DNA from: a virus
Taxonomy: Duplodnaviria > Caudoviricetes
Virus record (IMG/VR): IMGVR_UViG_3300017766_002961
Location: 1 to 28,917 of that record
DNA length: 28,917 nucleotides
Reading direction: 5' to 3' (one strand)
A program made the translations under genes and the position numbers. The stretch's first letter is position 1. Each line of letters begins with the position of its first letter. Under the pieces are notes generated by a model. It was not told where the DNA came from, did no database searches, and saw nothing but the letters and a program-made list of their open reading frames with translations. Positions 10,156 to 18,397 of the stretch are shown piece by piece.

Positions 10156-10881
10156 ATGAACACAGGACAAATAATAAAAGCCAAGTCTGAAAGAGACTTC
10201 ACAATGCTGAGTAATAGATTACTCCAAGACTGTACATTAACAATTGAAGAGAAAGGTCTATTGGTATACTTACTAAGTCTGCCATGTGATTGGATTCTTT
10301 ATAAGAAGAACCTGCCTGAGAAGACTGGAGAGTCTAAGGGGACTATAGATCGAGTGTTTAAACAACTCCAAGAGAAGAAATATATCACATCTGTCAAGGT
10401 TATTGACAATGATACAAAGTTGTTTAAAGGGTGGAATCACATTGTGTATGAAGTTCCGACATCGGAGGAAACCGACATTCGGGAAACACCGACATCGGCT
10501 TTTACCGACCTCGGTCAAAGTATGCCTATACAAATACTAAATACTAATACAAAGAATAATAATAATACAAATACTAATATAGGGAAATCACGTTTTTCTC
10601 CTCCAAGCCTAGATGAGGTTAAGGCATTCTTCAGAGAGAAGGGGTATCGTGAGGACGTAGCTATAAAAGCCTACAACTATTACAGCGATGGTAATTGGCA
10701 TGATAAAACCAATAAACCTGTAAAAAATTGGAGATTAAAAATGCACGTTTGGTTCAGAGATGAAAACAAGATACAAGAAGTTAAGCTGAAAGTAAGAACT
10801 GCGTTTGGGGATGTTGTTGAAGTAACTAAACAACAATATGATTCAGCGGTTCCAGGAACATTAAAACTAATAAACCAATAA
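10156..10881 (+). CDS. Phage replication initiator / replisome organiser (N-terminal winged HTH)
   Basis: FTMLSN.LL.D..L....KGLL.YLLS.P.DW N-terminal domain, N/T-rich linker, C-terminal FSPPSLDEV...YY...W....PVKNW domain. Upstream of the helicase and contains iterons. Confidence 0.8.
   Translation: MNTGQIIKAKSERDFTMLSNRLLQDCTLTIEEKGLLVYLLSLPCDWILYKKNLPEKTGESKGTIDRVFKQLQEKKYITSVKVIDNDTKLFKGWNHIVYEVPTSEETDIRETPTSAFTDLGQSMPIQILNTNTKNNNNTNTNIGKSRFSPPSLDEVKAFFREKGYREDVAIKAYNYYSDGNWHDKTNKPVKNWRLKMHVWFRDENKIQEVKLKVRTAFGDVVEVTKQQYDSAVPGTLKLINQ
10456..10580. repeat. Four palindromic iterons plus AT-rich tract (putative replication origin)
   Basis: CCGACATCGG 10456-10465, CCGACATTCGG 10472-10482, CCGACATCGG 10489-10498, CCGACCTCGG 10505-10514. 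AT-rich tract at about 10530-10580. Confidence 0.7.
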
Positions 10882-10882
10882 T

Positions 10883-12637
10883 ATGAGTAACTATCAAAAA
10901 CTAACCGATCTAGGTATTCAATGTAAGGATAGACAAGGTCAGCAAAAAGTTAACTGTCCATTTTGCAAAGACATCCGTACAAACAAAAGCGACAAAAGTC
11001 TATCTGTAAATGTTGAGCTAGGTGTCTATAAATGCCACTACCCAAATTGCGAGGCATTTATTGGAAAGACTGTGAAGTCATATGATCGTAAGCCAGAATA
11101 TGTAATCCCAGTCTCTAAACTTCAGAAGGTCAGCGACAAAGTTTTATCATGGTTTGAATCGAGAGGTATATCAAACAATACGCTCCTGCAATTTAAAGTA
11201 ACAGAGGAAGAGACATACTTTCCACAAGCATCTGAAAACCGTAAGGCTATTTGCTTTAACTATTACAGGGGGAGTGATTTAATTAATATAAAATACAGGG
11301 ACGCAGCCAAGAATTTCAAGATGGTTAAGGATGCGGAACTCATCATGTATAATTTGAACTCAATAGAGGGCTATAATTGGTGTGTAATTGTCGAGGGGGA
11401 GATGGATGCCTTATCAATGCATGAAGCTCAAATTTACCCTGTTGTAAGCGTTCCTAATGGGGCAACGAAGGGTAACCAAAACCTTAAGTATCTCGACAAC
11501 TGCATTGACCACTTTATAGATAAAGAAAAAATAATCATATTTACAGATAATGACTCCTCTGGGATGTCTCTCAGAGATGAATTAGCCAGACGATTAGGCA
11601 AGGAGAGAATATGGTTTGTAAACTGTCCAGAAGGAAGCAAGGATGCCAATGAGGTAATTGTGAATTATGGGGTTGATGTGTTAAGACAAATTATAGCTGA
11701 GGCATATCAGATCCCAATTGAAGGTATTGAGAAGGCAAGTCATGTAAAGGAAAAAATCTACGACATATATAGAAATGGATTCCCACATGGACTTAAATGT
11801 GGATACAATATGTTTGACGAACATATATCATTCAGAGGTTCAGAATTTACAATAATAACAGGTACTCCAAACGCAGGGAAGTCAACTTTTCTGAGCAATA
11901 TACTTGTCAGACTAGCTTCAAAACATGGCTGGAAAATAGCGATGTTCTCTCCAGAAAAACAACCTACAGAGATCCTATTTTCAGAACTAGCAGAGTTATT
12001 CATAGGTAAGTCTTTCACGTCATTTAATCCAATAAATAAAATGACAGAATCAGAGGTCGAACTCGCAACACGATTTGTTGATGACACCTTCTTTTTTATG
12101 AAGATAGATGAGATGGAAGTTACCATAGATGGAATACTCTCCAAGGCTGAGGAGCTGGTTAAAAGAAACGGTGTAAATTGTCTTGTAATTGACCCTTGGA
12201 ATTATGTCGAACATAAGATTCCACACGGAATGAGCGAGACTCAGTATATATCTGAGGCACTTACAAAAATAAAGAGATTCAAAGATCGTTATGATGTCCA
12301 TGTATTTGTAGTTGCTCACCCAACAAAGATCAGAAAGGAGAACGGAGTGTACATCGTGCCTACATTATATGACATCGCAGGATCTGCACACTTCTTTAAT
12401 AAATGCGATAATGGATTTGTAGTATATAGAGATTATCTATCTGGACAAACTCGTGTATACATACAAAAGATTAGATGGCAATTCATAGGTAAAGTCGGAG
12501 ATGTGCCATTTATATACAGTCCAATAAACAAAAGATTCTCTGAAGTCGGTAGCGATGAACTAACTACATTCAACCCAATTGGAGATTACGAACTACAAAA
12601 TAATCCATATTTAGGCAATGAAGATATACCATTCTGA
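10883..12637 (+). CDS. Bifunctional DNA primase-helicase (T7 gp4/Twinkle type)
   Basis: Zn finger CPFC...CHYPNC, TOPRIM motifs VEGEMD and TDND, Walker A GTPNAGKST, VIDPWN, AHPTK. Confidence 0.93.
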   Translation: MSNYQKLTDLGIQCKDRQGQQKVNCPFCKDIRTNKSDKSLSVNVELGVYKCHYPNCEAFIGKTVKSYDRKPEYVIPVSKLQKVSDKVLSWFESRGISNNTLLQFKVTEEETYFPQASENRKAICFNYYRGSDLINIKYRDAAKNFKMVKDAELIMYNLNSIEGYNWCVIVEGEMDALSMHEAQIYPVVSVPNGATKGNQNLKYLDNCIDHFIDKEKIIIFTDNDSSGMSLRDELARRLGKERIWFVNCPEGSKDANEVIVNYGVDVLRQIIAEAYQIPIEGIEKASHVKEKIYDIYRNGFPHGLKCGYNMFDEHISFRGSEFTIITGTPNAGKSTFLSNILVRLASKHGWKIAMFSPEKQPTEILFSELAELFIGKSFTSFNPINKMTESEVELATRFVDDTFFFMKIDEMEVTIDGILSKAEELVKRNGVNCLVIDPWNYVEHKIPHGMSETQYISEALTKIKRFKDRYDVHVFVVAHPTKIRKENGVYIVPTLYDIAGSAHFFNKCDNGFVVYRDYLSGQTRVYIQKIRWQFIGKVGDVPFIYSPINKRFSEVGSDELTTFNPIGDYELQNNPYLGNEDIPF

Positions 12638-13028
12638 TCCATCACTACAATTAGGACTACGACAATTAGCAATTACTAAAATAAAAGATGGAGAGCTAAT
12701 TGGTTCAAAACAAGATTATTACGAGAATATAGAATGTGTGTATATTTGTTTGGAAAAAAAATATGATAAAATTTTAGAAGTTTTATTTGCATTTTGTGAG
12801 AAAAATGTTAGATATTTGCGTAAGAATAATTTAATAACTCAAACAGTAAGCGAAGAAATAAAGGAAAGGGCTAAAAAAAAGACTTGCAATGAACTTGGGA
12901 TATCAAAACCAGAAGCAAGTGAAAAATACAAAAAGAAATACCTTCAGAACCTTTACAAATTTGTTTATTGGGAGTTCATTAAATCACACACACTAGAAGA
13001 AGTAAAAATTAAATTCAACAAACTATGA
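12618..13028 (+). CDS. Hypothetical protein
   Basis: 136 aa ORF overlapping both neighbours in the same operon. Confidence 0.65.
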   Translation: MKIYHSDPSLQLGLRQLAITKIKDGELIGSKQDYYENIECVYICLEKKYDKILEVLFAFCEKNVRYLRKNNLITQTVSEEIKERAKKKTCNELGISKPEASEKYKKKYLQNLYKFVYWEFIKSHTLEEVKIKFNKL

Positions 13029-13534
13029 AAACAAAATCAATCCACTTTCTGGACATATTGGAATATGTGCCAGATTCAAAGAAAAATCAATTTATTACGG
13101 ACTTAGTTGTTTTTGTTCCACACATTCAAGCCGAGGCTGAAAAGTACAAAAATATTGTTCACGATGTAAACTTTGGAAAAGAGCGTAAAATGTATGTAGA
13201 CACGATGCGTAAAGTAAGCAATTCTATCTGGAATAGTGATGATAGTACAAGAAGAGATTTGAGAAATGTTCAATCTCGTCAAATGCTTTACTACTTTTTG
13301 TACAACACACTCCCATTATCATACATGGATGTTGGAGGGTATTTTGATAAAGATCACTCTACCGTAATACACGGCATCAAAAGATTCACCTCTGATATGG
13401 AGACTTCATCTAGAACAAGATTAATGGTTGAGTTCTTTGTAAATAAAATGGAAGAGAACGGCTACAGACAACCAAGAAGAGCATATGATTTATTAATGAG
13501 TAGAATCGAAGTTTATGGAAATATCAATCAATAA
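13025..13534 (+). CDS. Protein with DnaA C-terminal (domain IV)-like HTH
   Basis: RQMLYYFLYNTLPLSYMDVGGYFDKDHSTVIHG matches the DnaA domain IV pattern RQxxMYL...SxxxIGxxFxxDHxTVxH. No AAA+ domain. Confidence 0.8.
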   Translation: MKTKSIHFLDILEYVPDSKKNQFITDLVVFVPHIQAEAEKYKNIVHDVNFGKERKMYVDTMRKVSNSIWNSDDSTRRDLRNVQSRQMLYYFLYNTLPLSYMDVGGYFDKDHSTVIHGIKRFTSDMETSSRTRLMVEFFVNKMEENGYRQPRRAYDLLMSRIEVYGNINQ

Positions 13535-13751
13535 GCCCCACAGCACAACATTTGAGTTTGAAGGAGAATGTTTCTTAGATATGAAGTATTCATTCACTCT
13601 TACAAAAGTAGTAGACGAATCAGGCACACATTATTTTGTATCAGCCCATCCTCACTCCTCTGAGAGCAATTGGGAAGACTGGAACAATGTGAAGCAGAAT
13701 GTGATTGAAAACATAATAAAAAAACACTTCGAACAAAATGGAGCAGAGTAA
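13515..13751 (+). CDS. Hypothetical protein
   Basis: 78 aa, overlaps neighbours in the operon. Confidence 0.65.
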   Translation: MEISINKPHSTTFEFEGECFLDMKYSFTLTKVVDESGTHYFVSAHPHSSESNWEDWNNVKQNVIENIIKKHFEQNGAE

Positions 13752-13977
13752 AACAACAGAAGAAAATGTATCATACGAATACAAACAGTCTAGCATTGTA
13801 ACCAAAGTTATGGATGATATTAAATCCAGAGAAAAAAAAGGGTTTATGCAATACGGAACAACAGTGGATCGAACAGATTACGATCTAAAAATGTGGTTGC
13901 AAGAAGCGTATGAAGAATGTTTGGACCAGGCGATATATTTAAAAAGTGCCATTGAGAACTTGAAGAAAAAACGCTAA
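13738..13977 (+). CDS. Conserved small phage protein
   Basis: R..KG...YGTT.DR.D.....WL..A.EE.LD...YL pattern, recurrent in phages; all-alpha and acidic. Function not assignable. Confidence 0.75.
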   Translation: MEQSKTTEENVSYEYKQSSIVTKVMDDIKSREKKGFMQYGTTVDRTDYDLKMWLQEAYEECLDQAIYLKSAIENLKKKR

Positions 13978-13986
13978 ATTAGCGTA

Positions 13987-14151
13987 ATGAAACCAGAATC
14001 CAAATACCTAAGAAAAAGCAAATTCTGCAAGAGTAATTGGCTGGTAATAAAAGGAAACAATGAGTATTTAGTCAGATGTAAAACCTGCGGAGTATATCTT
14101 ATGAATGGAGGTATTCCAAAATGTTTACAAATAAATCCAGAAGAAAATTAA
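13987..14151 (+). CDS. Small Cys-containing hypothetical protein (54 aa)
   Basis: Manual ORF MKPESKYLRK...RCKTCG...NPEEN starting 10 nt after the previous stop. Confidence 0.5.
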   Translation: MKPESKYLRKSKFCKSNWLVIKGNNEYLVRCKTCGVYLMNGGIPKCLQINPEEN

Positions 14152-14159
14152 AAATCTTT

Positions 14160-14205
14160 TGTTAATAATTTTCACTTGATTTTCTTTTAAAAAAGATTAT
14201 ATTTG
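14160..14205 (+). promoter_or_regulatory. Bacteroidota-type promoter with upstream TGTTAATAA box
   Basis: TATATTTG at 14198-14205; TGTTAATAA at 14160-14168. Confidence 0.65.
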
Positions 14206-14220
14206 TAACGCATATAAAAC

Positions 14221-14361
14221 ACACAATAGTTCTTTTGGCAATAGAGTCTATTACAAGCTATAAATAGTCGTCTGGATAACGAAGCCATTGAAGCCTCAAC
14301 GGAGGAATTAGTAAATGCAAATAGTGGAGTAATGGATCTATGCCATAAGAACGTGTTTTTT
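14221..14361 (+). ncRNA. Candidate rod-like small RNA
   Basis: Long closing stem (GTTCTT/AAGAAC, TGGCA/TGCCA, GTCTATTAC/GTAATGGAT) with inner hairpins, promoter upstream and T6 downstream. Confidence 0.55.
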
Positions 14362-14377
14362 CATAACACACCAAATA

Positions 14378-14854
14378 ATGACAATAAATTTAACGGAGTC
14401 GGAGGTACACTTTCTTAGAACTATTGCCTCAACAAGGTCCTACTTTAACAGGAATAATAATGTGGTAGACCAAAAGTTTGCCTCTGAAAAATCAGGGTAT
14501 GAAATCGACTTTGATGGATGTCTATCTGAGTACGCATTCTGCAAATGGCATAACATTACATTTAGCCTAGCAGATACTCCAGGACAGCCTGACTGTGTTT
14601 ATAAAAATTTAACCATTGACATTAAAAGCACTCGACTAAAAAATGGAAGGCTCATGGTCAAATTAAATGCAATACCTGTTGATATGTATGTACTTGCAAT
14701 TGTACAAAATGACTACACAATTTTTTTTCCTGGGTATATTCGCTCTGAAGATATAAAAAAGCAAGAAAATATCCGTAACTTAGGAACTGGAGACTCGTAT
14801 GTCTTAGATCAAGATCAATTATTAAGGTTTAAGGAAAATGGAAAGAAAAAATAG
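14378..14854 (+). CDS. Putative PD-(D/E)XK nuclease-fold protein
   Basis: G.LSEYAF...PD.......IDIKST spacing fits E..PD..DxK. Confidence 0.6.
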   Translation: MTINLTESEVHFLRTIASTRSYFNRNNNVVDQKFASEKSGYEIDFDGCLSEYAFCKWHNITFSLADTPGQPDCVYKNLTIDIKSTRLKNGRLMVKLNAIPVDMYVLAIVQNDYTIFFPGYIRSEDIKKQENIRNLGTGDSYVLDQDQLLRFKENGKKK

Positions 14855-15038
14855 ACTGTCAATTACATTCTCGGAGGATGAGTTTGACAAAAATTTAGAA
14901 GTAACCGAATGGTCCAATGGGGCAGGTGTAGACTTTACAATAGAATATAAAGGACATAGAACTACATATCCTTTATCTTATAGAGAACTACACATACTTA
15001 AGAAGCTTACAAAGCATATTCTTAAAAATGTTGAGTAG
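14838..15038 (+). CDS. Hypothetical protein
   Basis: 66 aa, overlaps the preceding gene and converges on the next operon. Confidence 0.6.
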   Translation: MERKNRLSITFSEDEFDKNLEVTEWSNGAGVDFTIEYKGHRTTYPLSYRELHILKKLTKHILKNVE

Positions 15039-15041
15039 ATT

Positions 15042-15311
15042 TTATCTGAAAACCTTTACCTTATTCTTTATTTTTAAAGGCTGACTTATAAATTGTTTGC
15101 CTCTTTTATTTCCTTCTGACTTAGCTTTATTAGTAGCCTTCTTCTCTCCAGAAGTTAAAGAATCCCAAGCAGCTTTAGGTAGATACCTTTTCTTACCCTC
15201 AGACTTAACTTCTTTCGATAAACCTTTGCTTTTATTTGAGTGTGTTCCAGATGTCATCCACTCTTGCTTAGTCCAATTCTTTAGACTTTGTTGTGACTTA
15301 GCTAATGCCAT
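15042..15311 (-). CDS. Conserved basic phage protein
   Basis: Q.SL..WTKQ.W...RYLPK.AW..L...EK.ATN..K....GKQF..QP pattern, typically paired or fused with the next upstream ORF. Confidence 0.75.
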   Translation of the reverse strand: MALAKSQQSLKNWTKQEWMTSGTHSNKSKGLSKEVKSEGKKRYLPKAAWDSLTSGEKKATNKAKSEGNKRGKQFISQPLKIKNKVKVFR

Positions 15312-15499
15312 TACTTATATCCTCCACCTTTAGCTTTATATTCACGAGCAAGCATTTGTGCTTTTCTAGCACTCCACTCTCCAGGATCACCACCTTTGGT
15401 TCCAGCTTTAATCTTATTAAACAAAGACTTTCTCATACCTGGCTTAGTATAATTACCAGCTTGATTTACTTTGCTTGTGGTTTTTTTATTTAACTTCAT
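15311..15499 (-). CDS. Conserved basic phage protein (DUF5872-like)
   Basis: NYTKP.MR......IKAG.KGG.PG.WSARKAQ.LA..YK..GGGY pattern. Confidence 0.75.
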   Translation of the reverse strand: MKLNKKTTSKVNQAGNYTKPGMRKSLFNKIKAGTKGGDPGEWSARKAQMLAREYKAKGGGYK

Positions 15500-15885
15500 T
15501 ATTTATTACGGCCAAATCTTACAACTTTTTTACAGCTAGTAGACATACCTCCCTTTTTATTTCTTTTTCTTGCTAATTCGGAAGCTCCCATATCATAATT
15601 AGCTTTTTTACCTCTTTTATTGTTAGTATTGTTAAAGTTAACAGTGTAATTAAGAGATGATTCTTTCTTTTTACTAGCAGGCTTATTTATATCCTTACCT
15701 TTTGCAACTTGTTTTTGTTGTCTAGGAGATAAAGGCATTCTAGGAGGTGTTCCACCTAAATCACGAGGGTTAGCCTGTCTATTTGCTTCTGCCAAATCTT
15801 TTTTATATTGCTCCATTTTAGATTTATAATCTTTTCTTTGAGCAATTCTAGCTTTAATTCCGTCAATTGGATTTTTTGGTTTCAT
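15499..15885 (-). CDS. Lysine-rich hypothetical protein
   Basis: 128 aa; stop overlaps the next start by 1 nt. Confidence 0.7.
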   Translation of the reverse strand: MKPKNPIDGIKARIAQRKDYKSKMEQYKKDLAEANRQANPRDLGGTPPRMPLSPRQQKQVAKGKDINKPASKKKESSLNYTVNFNNTNNKRGKKANYDMGASELARKRNKKGGMSTSCKKVVRFGRNK

Positions 15886-15900
15886 ATTAGTATAATTTAT

Positions 15901-16521
15901 TTAGCGTTTCATTCTCCTTACTTGTCTATCTCTTCTAGCGGATTTACGTTTTAAAGATTTATTTTTTCTTTTTGTACTAAATAGATCCTTTCCAAAATCC
16001 TCACATTTTTGGATAATACCTTTTTTACTCTTGCAATTCTTATTTTGCTCTTTTAAATCTTTTCTTTTTTGTTTGCTAGACTGAATATTTTCTTTTATGC
16101 TGCTAGCTTTTTTCTTCAGTTTATCTTTAAAAGTGCTACCGCCATCATTTTTAGGAGGAGTGTCTTTAGGTGGCGTATCTTTAGGAGTTCGAGTTATACC
16201 AGGGAAATTTACTTTTGGAAAATTTATATCAAGTGAATTTTTCTTATCGTTAAATTTAACTGATTTATTTACGTTACCCATTTTATCAGTATATGAGTAA
16301 GAGAATTTTTTATTCCCTTCTCCTAATGATTTAGCCATTTTAGAAGCATCCGCTGGATTTAATCTGGTGTAAGATGTCTGTCTTTTTTTGCCTTTTAAAG
16401 CAGTGCTTTTTTTTGTTGCGTAATTAACACCACCAGAACCTACTTGCTCTGCGGCTGAAGGACCTGCTTGCTCTGCTGCTGAAGTACCTTTTTTTCCTCT
16501 TTTTATTTGTAAACCTCTCAT
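15901..16521 (-). CDS. Lysine-rich hypothetical protein with short internal repeats
   Basis: 206 aa with SAAEQxG twice and TP(P)K three times. TATTTTTG promoter-like box on - at 16538-16545. Confidence 0.7.
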   Translation of the reverse strand: MRGLQIKRGKKGTSAAEQAGPSAAEQVGSGGVNYATKKSTALKGKKRQTSYTRLNPADASKMAKSLGEGNKKFSYSYTDKMGNVNKSVKFNDKKNSLDINFPKVNFPGITRTPKDTPPKDTPPKNDGGSTFKDKLKKKASSIKENIQSSKQKRKDLKEQNKNCKSKKGIIQKCEDFGKDLFSTKRKNKSLKRKSARRDRQVRRMKR

Positions 16522-16560
16522 GACATTTTATTTTTTTCAAAAATAATAAATTTTATGTGT

Positions 16561-16872
16561 TTAGCTACCTTTAACCCACTTTTTATTTTTAGGTTGAGAT
16601 GTCTTGCTTGGACTCCATTTAACTTTATCGGCCCAATAGGCGGCACTCATTTTGCCTTTAGATATATTCTTAGCATGACGAGACTTAAAAGCCTCACGTT
16701 GTCCTGCTGTTTGATTTGTCTTTACACCCTGTTGACCAAAGCGAATGGTTTTAACTTGTTCACCCTCCTTTGCCACAACAATATGACTCTTTGTTGGGTG
16801 GCCTGGAGTTCTCTTTGGCTTATTAAAACCAGATACTCCAGCACGAGCTAAACGAGAATCTCTTTTGATCAT
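16561..16872 (-). CDS. Conserved basic phage protein
   Basis: NKPKRTP.HP.KSH.V.AK.G...K.IRFGQQG...F..RH.......SAAYWA..VKW pattern, widespread in aquatic phages. No transmembrane segment. Confidence 0.8.
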   Translation of the reverse strand: MIKRDSRLARAGVSGFNKPKRTPGHPTKSHIVVAKEGEQVKTIRFGQQGVKTNQTAGQREAFKSRHAKNISKGKMSAAYWADKVKWSPSKTSQPKNKKWVKGS

Positions 16873-17354
16873 GATTTCGAAGATTTCTTTAAACCTTTAT
16901 TTGCTCTATAAAGTTCTTTGGCGTATTTTCTATTGCTAGTATTTTTTACAGAAGTTTTATCAGAAACTCCTTTTACTGAATACAAAGGCTTTGAACCTCT
17001 AGACTTCTCCATGGTCAAAGATGTTTTATTACCAGTATTTCTTTTTGTTATAAATAAAGATTTTTTACCACCTTCATTTTTAATGGCAATCATTTTAGAT
17101 TTTTCTGGTGATAATACTGATAAAGTAGTGGCCTTTAACCTTTCTCCACTGTCTGATTTTGTATTCCTCCTTCCAAATGATATAGCTTTATCACCAATTA
17201 CTCTGGATCTTTCAACATTTCTTCCTTTTGTATTAGGATCATAATATTTAGAAACGGATTTTACAATCTTACCGTCCTTAGAAATATTTTTTATTTTAGT
17301 AACACGACCATCGCTAGAAATAGAATAATCAGTTACTTTTTTTCGCTTTTTCAT
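16869..17354 (-). CDS. Lys/Ser/Thr-rich hypothetical protein
   Basis: 161 aa with ATGA overlaps on both sides. Confidence 0.7.
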   Translation of the reverse strand: MKKRKKVTDYSISSDGRVTKIKNISKDGKIVKSVSKYYDPNTKGRNVERSRVIGDKAISFGRRNTKSDSGERLKATTLSVLSPEKSKMIAIKNEGGKKSLFITKRNTGNKTSLTMEKSRGSKPLYSVKGVSDKTSVKNTSNRKYAKELYRANKGLKKSSKS

Positions 17355-17488
17355 TTGCCCTGTCCTTTATATTGTTTCTTATAATTCTTAGATGTTTTGG
17401 TTCTTGATGTTTTTGTCTTTGAATGAATACCAGGTCTAGAAACCTTAGCTTTCTTTTTGAACTTATTATCTGTTTGAACCTTAGCCAT
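17351..17488 (-). CDS. Small basic protein (45 aa)
   Basis: Manual ORF MAKVQTDNKFKKKAKVSRPGIHSKTKTSRTKTSKNYKKQYKGQGK fills the gap exactly, with start/stop overlaps at both ends. Confidence 0.75.
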   Translation of the reverse strand: MAKVQTDNKFKKKAKVSRPGIHSKTKTSRTKTSKNYKKQYKGQGK

Positions 17489-17766
17489 TATTTAAGTTTT
17501 TTAAAAGAATTAATCAATGGAAGATTACCTAAAGAAACCTCCTTTTCCTTTACTTGAGTGTAAGGTTTAAATCCCTTTTCATTTACTCTTACTTTCATCT
17601 TATTAGACTTAATAAAAGAATTTGGACCACTCTGTTTTTGGACGGTAGTTTTTTTTCCTTGTGGAGTAAACTCAACTTTTTTCATTTTTGTTGCTCCACT
17701 TGCCTTGGTAATATATTTTGTTTTAGAATTATCACCAATTACTGTATTTTTTTTTCTTCCAAACAT
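17488..17766 (-). CDS. Lysine-rich hypothetical protein
   Basis: Track ORF 17488..17835; likely start MFGRKK at 17766, 4 nt after the upstream stop. Confidence 0.65.
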   Translation of the reverse strand: MFGRKKNTVIGDNSKTKYITKASGATKMKKVEFTPQGKKTTVQKQSGPNSFIKSNKMKVRVNEKGFKPYTQVKEKEVSLGNLPLINSFKKLK

Positions 17767-17770
17767 GATT

Positions 17771-18268
17771 TTATTTTTTATATGACTTGCGTAATCTTGT
17801 AGCCTTGCCATCAGACATAACTTTTTTAACTCCAAGTCTATTCATGTAAGACCCTGTTTCATCAACCTCAGAATCTCTATAAGCATCAATATAACTAACA
17901 AGCTTACCCTTTTTGTTATATTTAGAAGCCATCTTACTTTCTACTCCACTCTTATCATCTACATAATAATCCACATTGGATTTTAACTGGCCAGATCTAC
18001 CTCTTTTTGTCGTTTTAGAATATTGTGTAGATGGGGTAATTGAGTTTACTCTTCTCTTAACAGTAACCTCTCCTCCATTAGATGGCTTGAATTTTTTAAC
18101 CTTATCAACGGTATATCTTCCAGAAGATTCACCAACAGGAGGCTGAAAAGACTTTGTAGTCTTTTTAGTAATTGTACCTCCAACGGCCTTACGTTTTACC
18201 TCTACTGTTTTTCTATTACCATCTTTAGTTACAGTTCTGCTGTATGAGCCAATTTTAATTTTTTTCAT
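17771..18268 (-). CDS. Lys/Thr/Val-rich hypothetical protein
   Basis: 165 aa, first gene after the minus-strand promoter box. Confidence 0.7.
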   Translation of the reverse strand: MKKIKIGSYSRTVTKDGNRKTVEVKRKAVGGTITKKTTKSFQPPVGESSGRYTVDKVKKFKPSNGGEVTVKRRVNSITPSTQYSKTTKRGRSGQLKSNVDYYVDDKSGVESKMASKYNKKGKLVSYIDAYRDSEVDETGSYMNRLGVKKVMSDGKATRLRKSYKK

Positions 18269-18288
18269 GACATATAAATATTTGATAA

Positions 18289-18373
18289 CAAAGATAGTAA
18301 AGTAAACGAAACAGGCAAAAAAAATAAAATATCAAATCTTCATTGTTTGATAACTCTCCACAGATTATATTTG
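18289..18373. promoter_or_regulatory. Second divergent pair of TAnnTTTG promoters
   Basis: TATCTTTG on - (18289-18296) and TATATTTG on + (18366-18373). Confidence 0.7.
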
Positions 18374-18397
18374 CCTACTCATATAATCAATAAAAAC

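Noticed and set aside
16561-16872. Holin label sometimes attached to this kind of protein
   Set aside because: No hydrophobic segment; highly basic and soluble-looking.
15097-17802. Plus-strand Phe/Leu-rich ORFs that look like membrane proteins
   Set aside because: Antisense read of Lys-rich genes (AAA becomes TTT); the minus-strand ORFs are the tightly coupled ones.
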